A stretch of 64,000 bases of DNA from Antedon mediterranea (GCF_964355755.1 NC_092672.1:17621237-17685236), one strand, 5' to 3'; positions 1 through 13,884 are shown, counted from the first letter of the stretch. Notes: generated from the sequence alone by a model not told the origin. Numbers and translations are program-made.

Positions 1-200
1 TATAGGGAGCTGGGGTTAGGCATTTGAAATCAGCACTGCTGACTTTTATGGCAGCCCCTGCATCTAGTATCATTGTTAGGACCAATCAAGGTGCTTTAAA
101 CAGTTCTGGCTTTGTTTGTACGTATCAAACCTGTTAGTGGCGATAATTATCGCTGTTGGTTTCGATTAAATAAAATAAAATAAAATAAAATAAAAATAAT
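1..200 (+). mobile_element. 3' tail of a non-LTR retroelement with (TAAAA)n tail
   Basis: Non-coding stretch ending in a (TAAAA)n tandem tail at about 167-198. Confidence 0.4.
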
Positions 201-1260
201 ACATATATATGATATATTATAGTTCCATGGTGCGACAAACAGAAGAAAGTGCTGGGGTTTCCCTGATCATGATGTAAAAAGCTCTGCCGTTAATTTGCTG
301 GTAAGTATAATTTTATTTCAGATGAATGCCACATCCTCCTATAAAAGTTACAGTATTACGTTTTTTGGCGTATAGGCTTGGCTATCTAGACTAGGGCTAT
401 AATATAAGCCTACTAATACTATCACTAGGGCCTAGTTAGAAGTTTACTACGGTGTAGTGTAGCAGCTGTAGGCAGGCAGATAATCGGGTCAGAAAAGTAG
501 ACGGGAACCCACTTTGAGGCCTAGCTAGGTCCTATATATCGTAGCTAGGCTATCACTCCACAACTAGCTACAGGAAATAGGCCTACTATGTTGCTATACC
601 ATTGATATACATTTGGAGCTAGAATTAATTTTAAAGTGTAAAAAAAGACTAACAATGATGACAAAAAACAAACATTTGGAAAATGATCAGGATACAGTAC
701 CCAAAGAAGTTGACGGTAGAATAGATTGTTGTTGATATCAACCAAAACGAAAACTAAAAAAATTAGTAATTAGACTAGGCCTTTTTGAGGGAGGAGATGC
801 ACTTTTCAGGAATTCCTATACTGTACATTAGTACCCCAAATTGAAAACTTCAGATTCATGTACAGAAATAATAATTATATGTATGCAATAAATTGTGAAA
901 TATTAACTTTTCTATTTGACTTTTGTATTTATACATCATTGTTTTTAAATTTATAGACTTAAGCTAATGAAGACTGGTTAGACCCCATACTGCATAAAGG
1001 CAACTGGCAATACTCGGTAGTGGAACACAAGATAAATGTTGGATGACTATCATAAAGCATTCGGCAAATGTGTTGTTTTCCAGCTTTTAAAATTTTGTAT
1101 AGTTTTCCTATAAAAGCAATAACATTTGTATAAATTATTTTGCAAACATAGCAACAGCATTAAATAAATAAAAAATACTACTACAGTACATGAGACAAAA
1201 TCTCCATAATTTTAATGTGTGAAGATTTACAGTACAGTACAGTAAAAAATGAGTTAATTA

Positions 1261-3177
1261 CTAGTACTAGATGGTACGCTCGCTTCGCTTGCGTACCATC
1301 TAGGTCGTGCCCACAAATGGTTCTCGAATACACAGTACTTTCAGGGTAAAAAATCTGGCGATTTCAAAAGCACGTACCGCAGGACTATAATACATTGTCG
1401 TTTACAGAAACGAATAAGTAGACACAATGATTTATGTAGTCAACCAAAATTAGCACCCTGGGAATTACTTCCGAAAGAGAAACTTACCACAAAATGAGTC
1501 CAAATTGTTTATTCATTTAAAGAAACCCAATTAGGGTTGAGGGATGGGAAAGAGGATAGGTACTACAAAGAGGAACAATTTTTAAATATATTCTTTATCC
1601 ACGTCAGTAACGAAATATTGTTTTCATTTTTTATAGGCCTATAAATAATATACCACTAACGGTGACTAAATATAGTCAAACATTTGCGATTTAATACTTT
1701 GTTAAAACTGTCACTGTCATAGTCGATTGAAATAGTAAAGTACATGTAACGATACACCACTACGACGTTTATATTTTTTGTAATTATTAATTAATGCAAA
1801 CATTGAGAAGCAACTGTCAGTAATAAAGTTTATTTGTATATTACGTGTTTATATATATCTAACAGTAGAGCCTACCCATAATCACAGTAATAAAGTTTAT
1901 TTGTATATATTTTTTTACATCTAACAGTATTCACAGTAAGAAATGTTTGAATATTTTTTCACGCTGCTGCTCTAGCCCGCTACGTCCCATTAGGACTACT
2001 CAATCAGAAGCTAAAGCAAGCAGCAGTTATAGTTCTAAGGACAGACAGTTTTGTGAAAATGGAAACTCCACTATGATTTATTGATTCCAGCTGCTACAGT
2101 AGACCCAAAAAACGTCTGGGAAAGAGTCTATTAGGACATGTCATGCTAAAATTACAAATCCCTAAGCATTTCTGGTATATTCACTGTCAGATATTCATTG
2201 AATTATTATTATTATTAAAGTTTGTGTTTGTAATAAGATACTTCACAATTGAAATATCTAGGGTGATGAAGTGACCCCCAGATTTGACCTTAGCAATAAA
2301 ATAACTAAAGTGACAGAAATTGAGTATTCACTTCTGTAACAAAAAAATAATATTTATTCACAAATAAAAAAAGAAAAGAAACCCAAAAACCATTGTCTGA
2401 CAGACAATTTCAGTATTTGTTGCTTTAAATTACATTTTTTCAGGTAAAATAACTATTAGGCCTATGTGACAATAAAATGACACATTCAAAAACAGTTGAA
2501 ATAAAAATTATTTTTCAATAAGCGAGCAGGGTTTTTTGTAAGAAATATTTCTTGTTTACATCTATTTACAGTAAGAAATGTTCGATTCAAATGACGACCA
2601 AAAATGGTTAATAGGTATTTGCAGTACTGTATTGTCAAAGTATTGCAAGTTTATTCTCCAAGGGCTCATAAATTTACCTACTTGTGTTAAACCAAACTGG
2701 CAGACTGAGAGATTGGAATGTTCCATTCATCGCAAATCAATACATTTGTAAAAACGTAAATTAAATCTATCAAAATAGTATTTTTTAAAGAAAATCGGCC
2801 TGTCTTCAACATAATGATGCTGTACTCGAGCAGTTCAACCGGTTTTCGGCTATTAAAAACAATTATCGTAGGAGGAGATAGGAAAATGCGAAGAGTCCTC
2901 GTATTATTGTGTGCGGGTATTTTTCAAGTTGGACAACCATTAGACAGCGTATACCACGATCGGAAAACACCCCTATTTGGGGCAAATCGTTGAACCTAAA
3001 TTCGTTTTAATTGTCAATAACTAATTATCTAACTCAATTTAATTAGTAAACAGGGTTACATCAGGTGGTTAAAATCAGTACCGAAAGTACGAACCAACTT
3101 TATATACCATCGAGTAAAAATTCTAGAAGTAAGGCGCGATTTACCGAATTTTGCCCTTACGTAAATTTATATATAGA
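1261..3177 (-). mobile_element. Non-autonomous Helitron
   Basis: On the minus strand it starts A|TCTATATATAAAT at 3177 and ends with a GC-rich hairpin (agatggtacgc...gcgtaccatct) and CTAG|T near 1261-1270. Related segments recur at about 44780-45258 (direct) and 61300-61665 (inverted). Confidence 0.7.
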
Positions 3178-4260
3178 TATGTCATTGAATTTCTGCATTA
3201 TTGTTGACAATTTATTTTCAACTATTAATTGATGTGTTGATTGTGGCATTACAGCAATAGCTTTTCTTCTGTGATTGTAATTCATCCATTTTAAAGTTTC
3301 ATAGTAAGAAACGTTCAAATAAATATTGTGAATGTTGCTACCACATTTTGTGTTGATTTCTTCACCATTTTCCACTACTTGCTCATATTGTTCATTCAAT
3401 TAGTGTGTTAATACCTATTAAAAGAAAGACATTTTTATTAAAATATCTACATAAAAAGTTTAATTGTGTGAATGTTGGTTTGAACGTTATTGCTTTGGAA
3501 GAATTTTCAACATAACGGTACTAAAGTACTCTATGTAAAGTACACATTCCAAAAAATATTTAACTTAGATGATTTGGTCATATTCTCTAAATAATTACAT
3601 TATTGGATGTACAGTATAGGCCTAGTTACAATTTTCACAAATTTATATTAGCATTAAAATCTAATTAATCATGAAGGAAAAACCAAGCACCATAATCTCT
3701 CCTAGCTCTAGTGGTGACCTTATTTTTTATTTTTGGCAGTCATTCACAAGTTTTTGCTTTTTGGGTTTCGCTGCTCTTATGTATAATTTTTTTTAATCAC
3801 AAACTCTACATAGAAAAGAAAATTAAATGTTTTGAAATGAATGAAAAGTGATATGAATAATGATGAAGGACTATTATTATAGTAGCCTATTATACCAGGG
3901 AGTTGTATACTAAAAATAAGACGAGGTGGTGGTGTCAAAATTCAGACTACTAAAACCTTATTCTTTACTCCATGCTCACAGATGAATGTAATGTTGTAGG
4001 CCTAATCCTATTTAAAGCTAGGATGGCAATAACTATTAATATGGCTTACAAGTTGTATCTATTAGTATTAGCTAGGCCTACTACTCACTCAGGCCTACAA
4101 CTAGTACTAGTAGACTAGCTACTACTAGGCTAGGCCTACTCTATGGTAGGCCTAGCCCATCATAGATAGAGGATAGTACACTAGCCAGTACAGCTGTACT
4201 CTGGGCTAGCTAGGCTTCCTATACTAACTAACAAAGCTGCACAATAGAAACTACAGTTCT

Positions 4261-4670
4261 TACTTACCAATCTGCTAGGGCCTAGCCATAGTCTTTTCTT
4301 CAAGATAGGATTAGGAGTGTTTTTTTTGTTGTTAAACTACAGAACTTTCCCGCATCGTCGTCTCGCCATATCACGTCGTATTTTTTTGGTGATGACCTAG
4401 AGGTCACATACATGCACAAGAATCATACAATATGCATAATTCATAAGCTAATTCAGGTCAAGGGTTAAATTAAACTGGAAGCCAGCTGGCTGCCAGCCAA
4501 CCGACTTCCGGTTGATTATTTTTTACTTTAAATTACAATTTTCTCAGGTAAATAAAAACATTTTTCGATCAAATTTTTTTTCAAAGTGAATAACTTTTAT
4601 GTATCATTAAAATGGTCTATTTAACAAAAATATTGTTTAAAATTATTTCAGGGGGACAATACATCTTTAA
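4261..4670 (-). mobile_element. Terminus of a Kolobok-type DNA transposon with a degenerate first exon
   Basis: GGGACAATACATCT|TTAA at 4653-4670 is the same terminus as the complete element at 62816-63316. An inward-facing ATG (4369) and a GTAAGTA donor (4267) follow. The other end is not seen. Confidence 0.5.
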
Positions 4671-4896
4671 ATGGTGTTAGTACACAACAGTAGATAAATA
4701 GTAGATTTCTTCTTAAAATTAATTGAATTGGCATTTATTTAAATTTGTATACACATGAAAATGAAACTTTAAGCTTGATAATTAAATTTCATAAACATTT
4801 CACTCAAACTGCCTGGTCAATAGTCAATGAGAAAAGAACCTTTAAAATTAAATACAATTTTTAAATGATTTTTGATTTATAATGGCATTTGCCTAC

Positions 4897-5019
4897 CACT
4901 TCTTGAACCAGGCTAATAAGTTCCATTAAGCGGCGTCTGAGAGCAGCGACCTCTTCAGTAATCTGTGAAACATGCTGTTCATACACCTCTTCAAGAGGTT
5001 TGAATGTATGGCCAGAATG
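4897..5019 (-). CDS. TRIM37: TRIM37 coding exon 6 ([41 protein letters not shown])
   Basis: Acceptor tttcatag, donor GTAGGC, 123 nt. Matches TRIM37 [42 protein letters not shown] did not find the next exon in 1-4896. Confidence 0.96.
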
Positions 5020-5371
5020 CTATGAAAATACAACAAACATTAAATAATGGAAAAAAAACATACATAATTGCAGTCTTTACTGTTATTGGAAACTGCCTTT
5101 GTAATATATTATTCCTTTTGCCACATATTGGTAACTGAAAGGTTTTAAATAGTTTTTGACAAACCAACTAACCCCTTTTAGGCTCAGATAAGGTTTTCTT
5201 TTATTTCATAACACTTCAAAAATGCACCAAAGCACCAAAGTCATGGCAGAAAATGTTCTTGTGGATTGTGTTTTTTTTTTCTGTATGCATACCACCCTCT
5301 ATAGTTTGTCTCCAATGTTTGATACTGTATGGAAGCTCAGCAGTTACAACTATTGTATTCATCTCAAAACT

Positions 5372-6795
5372 TATTAGGTTATGCATTATCATGCATATAA
5401 CCTCTTGATTCTGTCAAAATCTTTATTTATTTATTTATTCTTTTCTTAGCACTATTTTTTCCGTGAATTATCTTGTTATCAGTTTCATCTAGCTAAGTCA
5501 ATTTTTCAGAGTATATTCCTTATGGACAGGAATCGATGTGGTTATGTTTTTACGGTGCACAATCAATCATTACGCGGTCTACGCGCGATTTAACGAAATC
5601 ACGTTTGTAATCATATCTTCACAAGCATGAATCACAATTAAACAAAATTTGGTACTCATAAATGTCAGGTCATATTTCATCATATGGCAATACAATTACG
5701 TGCGTAGCGCATATAACGCCTGCGTACGCGCACTTAAAATGTTCAAAATTGTCAAAATTTATTTTCGATGAAATTAGGGTACGTTTCAGGCAATTTTAGG
5801 CGTTTCAAAAATTGCCGTTAAACGTTAATACGCACTTTTTTTGCCCGATTTCTGTTTTACAGTCTTTCTTTAATAATATCATCATATTTGATTCACTTTT
5901 CAACTCGAAATTGCGTTATACGAGCACGTCTAAAGTGACAGGCTACGCACGTATAAGTTTACAAAATGGTGAAAATATGCTAAATTTTAAAATTAATATA
6001 TATCGTCAGAATGCTGGGGAACACCTATTTTTAATTTCATTTTCTTGAAGTGTATGTATCATATGTATGATTTATTATCAAATTAAGAGAACAAAAGTTG
6101 ATTAAGTCTTCATTAATTGCATATTAAATTTTAAAAAAATAATTTTGACAATCAAACAAATTATGACATTTTCTTAGGCCGAAATATCAAACTTAACATT
6201 AACTTTCTTCCTTCAAAAGTTCATATATTAAAGTTAAAAGTATATAGTTTGACAGTGCATCATTTGTTTATATTTTAAAGATGTCATCATAGTAAAAAAT
6301 TTTAATTCATTTCGGTATGTAATAATCTATTTGCACCAAAGTGGTTACTGTATAGTAAATACACAAAGGAATTTTTCAGTCAGTCAGTTGTGTATGGCTC
6401 GATGGTCTGTGCTCGTGTCTATGGCATTCAAGGTACCGAGATCGAGTCTCACCTTGGGAAACGAAATAAGATTTCTTTTTATTATCCGTATTGTTTGTTC
6501 AAATTTATTTCTTAGTGTATAGATTATACGCATTATTTATAATGAAATCTAGATAAAAATTAACTTATGTCTTTATTATTATGTAACAACAAATGTGGTT
6601 TATGACATTATACGCATATGGATCTTTGACCGGATTGTGATACCGGCTATGGTGTTCGCGTTAGCAAGGTCCTATCATATATTATAAATAATTAAAGATT
6701 CTGAGAAAATCAATCAATCAATATATCTTTTAAAAATCAATTATCTTTTTATGCATATAACCTATAATTCGTCATAGTGACGAATTAAATCTAGT
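5372..6795 (+). mobile_element. Non-autonomous Helentron/Helitron2-like element (family A), copy 1
   Basis: 5' subterminal palindrome ggttatgcat..atgcatataacc and an (ATTT)n tract. At the 3' end atgcatataacc recurs, followed by the hairpin aattcgtca-tag-tgacgaatt and a CTAG end. An inverted copy lies at 30237-32043. Confidence 0.75.
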
Positions 6796-7240
6796 TTATT
6801 TATTTAGTTTTACATGATGTTGTTCATAATATGTATTGATCGGTGTTTAATTATGTTATTCTGCATCTTATTGCTTATAATTATTTGATGCTACTGCATT
6901 TTATCTTGATGTTCATGTGTTCATCATCACGAACTAGATAATATTGTTTATATTTATTAGCATGACACAGTTTTATACATGCTTGATAGGTGTCGATTTA
7001 CACCCTTTTTTGCCACTCAAACAATTTAAGACAAACCATTCTGAGAATATAGTACAATGCATTTCAGTTAAATTAATGGTCAATTATTGAGTTTTATTGG
7101 TTATATAAATAAAAAGAGTTTAATACATTTATTTATGACCCGATTCTTATCACTAATTAACCAATCAGATGTCTTATAAATCATTAAATATAATATGTAT
7201 ATAAATGTTTTACTAAATATGTATTTAGATTGAAGCTTAC

Positions 7241-7328
7241 CGTTCCTCCCCATAGAGCACATTGATGACAGATGCAAGCACGACAAGTCCAACAATACAC
7301 ACTTTTCTTTTCCTTGTGAAGATCACAT
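7241..7328 (-). CDS. TRIM37: TRIM37 coding exon 5 (B-box: [29 protein letters not shown])
   Basis: Acceptor tctcttag, donor GTAAGC, 88 nt. The B-box matches TRIM37 [20 protein letters not shown]. Confidence 0.96.
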
Positions 7329-7958
7329 CTAAGAGAAAAAACGTTCTTCTTTAGAAAACTACAAATAGCAACCAATTAAAACAACTATATCATCTGAATT
7401 ATTATTATCATATACAGATTGCCTGCTTATTTACCTCCGCCAAGGAGGTATATGTAATCGGTAGCGTGTGTTTGTTTGTTTGTTTGTTTGTTAGCAGGAT
7501 TACTCAAAAAGTAATTACAAGATCTTTACCAAAATGAATAGACAGATAGATATGTGGTCAAGGACCATTCCATTAAATTTTGGGACCACAGTCCCAATTC
7601 TGGACCACTTTTTAGTATACTTTTTTAGACCTGCTAGTGTTAAAAGATAGGACAGAATTTTTCAAAAGCTGGCGAGCAGTCTTAAAGTAACAAGTAAACT
7701 GAAATTGCATTTTCTTGAGAACTACTTGTCCAAAAAACTTCATTTTTGAACAAGAGGCAAGAGTTATAATTTTTGATTTGTAATTTTAAAACATAATTTG
7801 ATTTTAATGTGCACGTTTTTTGATGCGAGTAGTTTAAAAAACCTATTTCTTTTCAAATTCACTCGTTTGATTTTCGCGTTGCTGTTCTATTGTTAGTCAA
7901 CTGAAGCTATTGTTAATTGAAAGGCTTGTTACATAACCATTACACCAAACTCGCATAC

Positions 7959-10821
7959 GGGTCATTCCATGTCAAATCACCCAATGGGTTAAACCCTACT
8001 TTCTTCAAATTTGCTCAAATTTGGTTTTTGGGTTATTTTTAGCTAAAAAACCTGAAATTTTTAATTTGAGCGCCATACGACCAACGGTTCGCGCGCTACG
8101 CGCCGTCGTTTCTTTGCGATTTTGCGCAAAATCGACGCAGCGGGCTATACTTAAATGACCGTATCTTCATAACGTGTGGACCGATTTTGTTTTGACAGGT
8201 ATCTTTGGAAAGCTAATTGTTAAAGCTATCCAAATCTTCTATTTACTTTTGAGATAGAACTATTTAAAAGATGTATAACTTATTCTATTCCATTTGACCT
8301 AGGATTTGACCTTGTGGGACAAATTTTTTTTAGATGAAATTTTGTGAAAATTATCTCCTACATGATATTTACATAATATAAAAAAATTGGAGATATATTA
8401 TTTTTTGTTTGCTTTCTAGCTCATTTCAAAGTTGGCTTACTTCAACAATTCTGGTATTTCTATACAGTGTAGATGTATTGTCGACATTATATCACTACCA
8501 AATTTACCTCTTAATACTATGGGTTTCACTGTCAGATTATTTAAGACTATAACAATGCTTTAATTATATTTTCATGCTTCATACAAAATAATTATTACTT
8601 AGGTAAACATCTGTACACCATTTGACTACCCCATTTGGTTAGCCAAGGATGTACCATCAGTTTATGGCACTCTTTTCACACTTTCAAGCAAATTGAATCT
8701 TGAATTTTTTTTGTTTGATGATATAAACTTTGAAACATTGATTGTTCTTTGCTGTTAATCATTATTTTACATTTTTGTTCATTGTATTTTGTTCACTTAT
8801 TTCTTCACTCATAATTAGGTTATAATTACGTTATAAACGGCATGGACCGGGGTGACGATACGTGGGTTGGGACAAGTAGGGTCCAGTCATTTCAAGTAAA
8901 AATTGCCCCGATCCATGCCGTCTAGCTGCCATTTTATGCAATTTTAAAACATTACTACAATTTTAACATTTTTATAAAAAATGCAATATAAATGCATAAA
9001 TTTATAGGGCTATAATTACGTTATAAAACGGCATGGACCGGGGTGACGATACATGGGTTGGGGCGACGATACATGGGTTGGGGCAAGTAGGGTCCAGTTA
9101 TTGCATAAAAATACCACTTGCCCTGGTCCATGCCGTCTAGCTTCCATTTTATGCAATTTTAAAACGTTACTACAATTTAAATTTTTTTTATAAAAAATGC
9201 AATATAAATGCATGATATATAGGGCTATAATTACATTATAAACGGCATGGACCGGGGTGATGATACATGGGTTAGGGCAAGTAGGGTAAACTCATTTCAG
9301 AAAAATACCACTTGCCCAGGTCCATGCCGTCTAGCTGCCATTTTATGCAATTTTAAAACATAACTACAATTTTAACATTTTTATAAAAAATGCAATATAA
9401 CCACATAAATTTATAGGGCTATAATTACGTTATAAAACGGCATGGACCGGGGTGACGATACATGGGTTGGGGCAAGTGGTAATTTTATGCATTGACTACT
9501 ACTACTTGCCCTAACCAATGTATCGTCACCCCGGTCCATGCCGTTTATAACGTAATTATAGCCTTATAAATCATGTGGTTATATTGCATTTTTTACAAAA
9601 ACGTAAAATTGTAGTAACGTTTTAAAATTGCATAAAATGGCAGCTAGACGGCATGGACCAGGGCAAGTGGTATTTTTATGCAATGACTGGACCCTACTTG
9701 CCCCAACCCATGTATCGTCACCCCAGTCCATGCCGTTTTATAACGTAATTATAGCCCTATAAATTGATGTGGTTATATTGCATTTTTTATAAAAAATGTT
9801 AAAATTGTAGTAATGTTGTAAAATTGCATAAAATGGCAGCTAGACGGCATGGACCAGGGCAAGTGGTATTTTTACTTGAAATTACTGGACCCTACTTGCC
9901 CCAACCCACGTATCGTCACCCCGGTCCATGCCGTTTATAACGTAATTATAGCCTAATTATGAGTGAAGAAATAAGTGAACAAAATACAATGAACAAAAAT
10001 GTAAAATAATGATTAACAGCAAAGAACAATCAATGTTTCAAAGTTTATATCATCAAACAAAAAAAATTCAAGATTCAATTTGCTTGAAAGTGTGAAAAGA
10101 GTGCCATAAACTGATGGTACATCCTTGGCTAACCAAATGGGGTAGTCAAATGGTGTACAGATGTTTACCTAAGTAATAATTATTTTGTATGGAGCATGAA
10201 AATATAATTAAAGCATTGTTATAGTCTTAAATAATCTGACAGTGAAACCCATAGTATTAAGAGGTAAATTTGGTAGTGATATAATGTCGACAATACATCT
10301 ACACTGTATAGAAATACCAGAATTGTTGAAGTAAGCCAACTTTGAAATGAGCTAGAAAGCAAACAAAAAATAATATATCTCCAATTTTTTTATATTATGT
10401 AAATAACATGTAGGAGATAATTTTCACAAAATTTCATCTAAAAAAAATTTGTCCCACAAGGTCAAATCCTAGGTCAAATGGAATAGAATAAGTTATACAT
10501 CTTTTAAATAGTTCTATCTCAAAAGTAAATAGAAGATTTGGATAGCTTTAACAATTAGCTTTTCAAAGATACCTGTCAAAACAAAATCGGTCCACACGTT
10601 ACGAAGATACGGTCATTTAAGTATAGCCCGCCTCGTCGATTTTGCGCAAAATCGCAAAGAAACGACGGCGCGTAGCGCGCGAACCGTTGGTCGTATGGCA
10701 CTCAAATTAAAAATTTCAGGTTTTTTGGCTAAAAATAACCCAAAAACCAAATTTGAGCAAATTTGAAGAAAGTAGGGTTTAAAATGTCATTTTTTTTGGG
10801 TGATTTGGTATGGAATGACCC
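7959..10821. mobile_element. 2.86-kb foldback (long-TIR) non-autonomous DNA transposon, Sola2-like
   Basis: Termini GGGTCATTCCAT...ATGGAATGACCC with a 4-bp TSD ATAC on both sides. The arms are near-perfect reverse complements meeting at about 9480-9500. GRG termini, 4-bp TSD and long TIRs fit Sola2. Confidence 0.8.
8820..9955. repeat. ~200-bp tandem repeat array in the foldback centre (4 unit starts on the left arm, 3 inverted on the right)
   Basis: The unit tataattacgttataaacggcatggaccggggtgacgatac... recurs at about 8821, 9011, 9226 and 9420, and in reverse complement ending at about 9560, 9752 and 9950. Confidence 0.85.
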
Positions 10822-11689
10822 ATACACATGCTTGTAATGAAATTAGCCTAAATCACAAAGAGCATTAAGACACACACAAATATATATATATATTTTTTTT
10901 TTACCGGAGAAATCTTATGTAGGAGAATTTTACAGTAGGCGGAGGTATGCCCTCTCGGAGTGGCTTTCTAGTTGAAATATAAGATTTGACAATATCCCAT
11001 AGGAAATGGCTCTGTAGAATATCTGCTGGATCGGCTAGATGCCTCATTCATTCATGAATGATTAAAAGTAACTAAGCCAGCCTTAGTTAGGCATAGAATT
11101 CACCTTACCTTGCAAAGAATGAATGTATAATTTAAAGGCAAGTAATAACTAATTAATGAGTCAATAAAATATTCACTTAGGCCTATGCCTTGTACATGAA
11201 CAAAGGAATTTCCATCAATAATTCTACACTTTCCAGTAATATTACTTGTAGCCCGAATTAAATTACTGATACAATAATTCGTCTTCTTCTTCGAGCCGAA
11301 TCGCCGGATGTTTAGGGCACCACACTTACCAAACTGACCAATCAAAAACGGTCTTTCATCGCATCTATAACAAAATGCCATGTATGAATACAGTAGTTTA
11401 GTCATGTCTTCGAGGGTTGAGTTCAAACCCCATGAATCTGATGTTGGATTTTTTAATTGTCACGTGAGTTGCCACACAAAAAGTTCAACAGTCAATATCA
11501 AACTCCTCTTCAATTCGCTGAAATTTATATGTCTAATGACGAGGACACGAAGAAACTAGAAAATAACACTACAGTGTCAATATCAACATCCGTAAGGACA
11601 TTATGCTCCTCTGTAGACATGTGATGCAATTTCAATCAGTCACGTTCACATATTTACATAGGCTATATTTATAATGTTGTAATACATAC

Positions 11690-11809
11690 TTATCCCTGGC
11701 AGGTTGTTCTGGTCGTGTTTGTGGTGTGCATAGCTGCAATGTATCCAGTTGATTGGTCACATCTTCGGCCCATCTGCAATTAACAAGCTGGTGCATCTGT
11801 AGAGGAGCT
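11690..11809 (-). CDS. TRIM37: TRIM37 coding exon 4 ([40 protein letters not shown])
   Basis: Hand translation; acceptor atactag, donor GTATGT, 120 nt, phases compatible with neighbours. Matches [27 protein letters not shown]. Confidence 0.95.
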
Positions 11810-12629
11810 CTAGTATAAACAATAATATATATATATATACAATAATAAGATTTTACTTGATTTAAGGAATATTTATCTTTCTGTATTCTGTATGTTGGGA
11901 TTTGATATTCGAATAATGCACTACCAATTCTTGTTACTGTTTAATACAAAATTACTGTATTAATACATCAGCCTCATCATCATGCCACCGGCCTTCTATA
12001 TGGAAGCATACACACCAGCCTCACAGGAGGCAAACACTATAGGCACCACAAATCATAGTATTTCTGATGACGGCCTCAATAATAGATTTCAAAGATGCTT
12101 ATTACAGTGTGGGAATACACAAAGATTCACAGAAATATTTTAAAATCTCGCTACCATGAAGAGCTTTTTAAATACACAGCATAACCTAATGGTCTGTTTT
12201 TTCCCACTAACATTTTAATAAATTATTACAACCACCACTTCCAGATTGAGGCAGTAGATGGGTGGAAATAGCTCAAAAATAGCATGTGAGTCAAACAAAT
12301 TGCAAAAATTTGCTTTATTGTTGAAATATGTTCAAAATATGTAAGAGAATGCTGTATCTAAAATCTACCCTTATCTGCAAATTATAAGTGGCCTAATTTG
12401 CATAAAATCAAAATGGCTTGAAATTGGTATAAGAATGTATTAAACACAAATATAAACATGTTTCCACACTTTCCCATAATTTCAGTTTAAACACTTCACA
12501 CAACCAGCCAGGATTTAATGGTGTATACTGTATATGTTGTGAGGATTCCAAATATACTGTTATTAAAGTTTGGTGGTAAATTGTTCAGAATATATTTAAT
12601 ATTTTATGTCCTTGGACAAGCCTTGAAAC

Positions 12630-13270
12630 AACCAATATTGATCATATTTTCCGTCTTCAAAAACGGGCTCTTCGTATATGCGCTAGAGTAATAGAGCAAA
12701 CACAAAACATTATTTTCACAAATTTAAAATTCTTAATGTATTTGATATAAACAAACTACAAACCGCTGCTTTTATGTATTGTTCAGATTGTCTAATAATA
12801 CTTTACCTCCTCACATTATTAACCTTTTTAACAGAGCTTCTGAACGTCACCATTATAATACTAGATTTTCTTTTAAAAATTATGTACCAAGTATTAAACG
12901 TCGTTCTATTCTTTATTATGGTCCAATTATATGGAATAAACTCTCCGATAACTTGAAAAAACAAATTCTCTTTAAATAGCTTTAAACACTGCGTAAAGAA
13001 ATCTCTGGTCAATTAAGATTCTGCAATCTTTTTATTCACTTACTTTGTGTGTATGTTGTAATTAATACTTGATATTTTTATTTATAATTTAATTTAATTA
13101 TTTAAGAATTATGATTTAGATTGTCTTCAAACTATTCTTTCAGTCATGCTTCGTAAATTTTTTTCAACTCAGTTAAAGGTGGCTATGACCTAAAGTTATT
13201 GTTTTAACTTATATAGTCTCCTTCCATCCATGTATTTTACGAGTGTGTGGAAAATAAAATGATTACTGAT
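12630..13270 (+). mobile_element. 3' fragment of an L2/CR1-group LINE
   Basis: Degenerate translation KRALRI...KILNVFDINKLQTAAFMY...HHYNTR...SILYYGPIIWNKL, typical of L2/Crack/Daphne RT C-termini. Confidence 0.7.
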
Positions 13271-13630
13271 TTACTAATGTTTGCATCTTGTTTTCTGAAG
13301 AATAGTATCTAATTTCAACGAAGAAACTAGGCCTATAGGCCTAGTAGATGAAGCCTGGCTTCGAGTGAGAAGAAGTAGGAAGGAACGTTCATTTTATGAC
13401 CGCGAGTGTTTACACAATACAAAGTGCCGGCCCGAAGCCCACAATTGCCGGCCGGCCCAAAGCCTACTCTAGACTAGGATAAAAGTTGCGCCGGCTCGAG
13501 GTCGGCTTGGTTGTTCCCAGAGTGTTTACACTTGTACACTGTTGGCTCAGAGCCGGCCTCGGGCTCGCTAAAAGTGTAAATGGGGTCTATGACTATCTGG
13601 ACTAGGCTATATTATAAAGAAATGACTGAC

Positions 13631-13668
13631 CTGCAGTGAGGGCACTGACGCTGTTCCAAAAGCCATCT
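13631..13668 (-). CDS. TRIM37: TRIM37 coding exon 3 (RWLLEQRQCPHC-R)
   Basis: Hand translation; acceptor ttttgacag, donor GTCAGT, 38 nt. Matches TRIM37 RWLTEQRAQCPHCR. Confidence 0.95.
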
Positions 13669-13884
13669 CTGTCAAAACAATTGAACAATTATTTTAAATA
13701 ATGACCTGCTCTAAAAAATAACAGTATAAGTATAGATACAAAACATGTAAATCTAAAAAAAAATTGAGTAACAAAAATCATTTTAAATCTAAGGTTACAT
13801 ACAGTACTATTATAATGCTAATTGTTCATTTATTACTTTCATACATACAAAAATTAAAAGAAATGACGAACCAAAACAACTTAC

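Larger units (their letters stand above)
7430..10972 (+). mobile_element. Helentron-like element (ttacctccgccaaggaggt...ggcggaggt..CTAG) interrupted by a foldback element
   Basis: Asymmetric inverted motif CCTCCGCC/GGCGGAGG, 5' hairpin, (GTTT)n tract and 3' CTAG. A related start is at 45259. Confidence 0.6.

Noticed and set aside
3157-3399. TRIM37 exon 7
   Set aside because: No similarity to the expected ERNVEAVRNAKDERVRE peptide. It lies within transposon remnants and is cut by a Helitron.
6385-6460. tRNA gene
   Set aside because: It is a degenerate tRNA/SINE-like segment that is an integral part of Helentron family A (also at about 30915-30990).
8820-9955. CRISPR-like array
   Set aside because: Units are ~200-bp whole-unit tandem repeats without unique spacers, inside a eukaryotic foldback transposon, and no cas genes are present.
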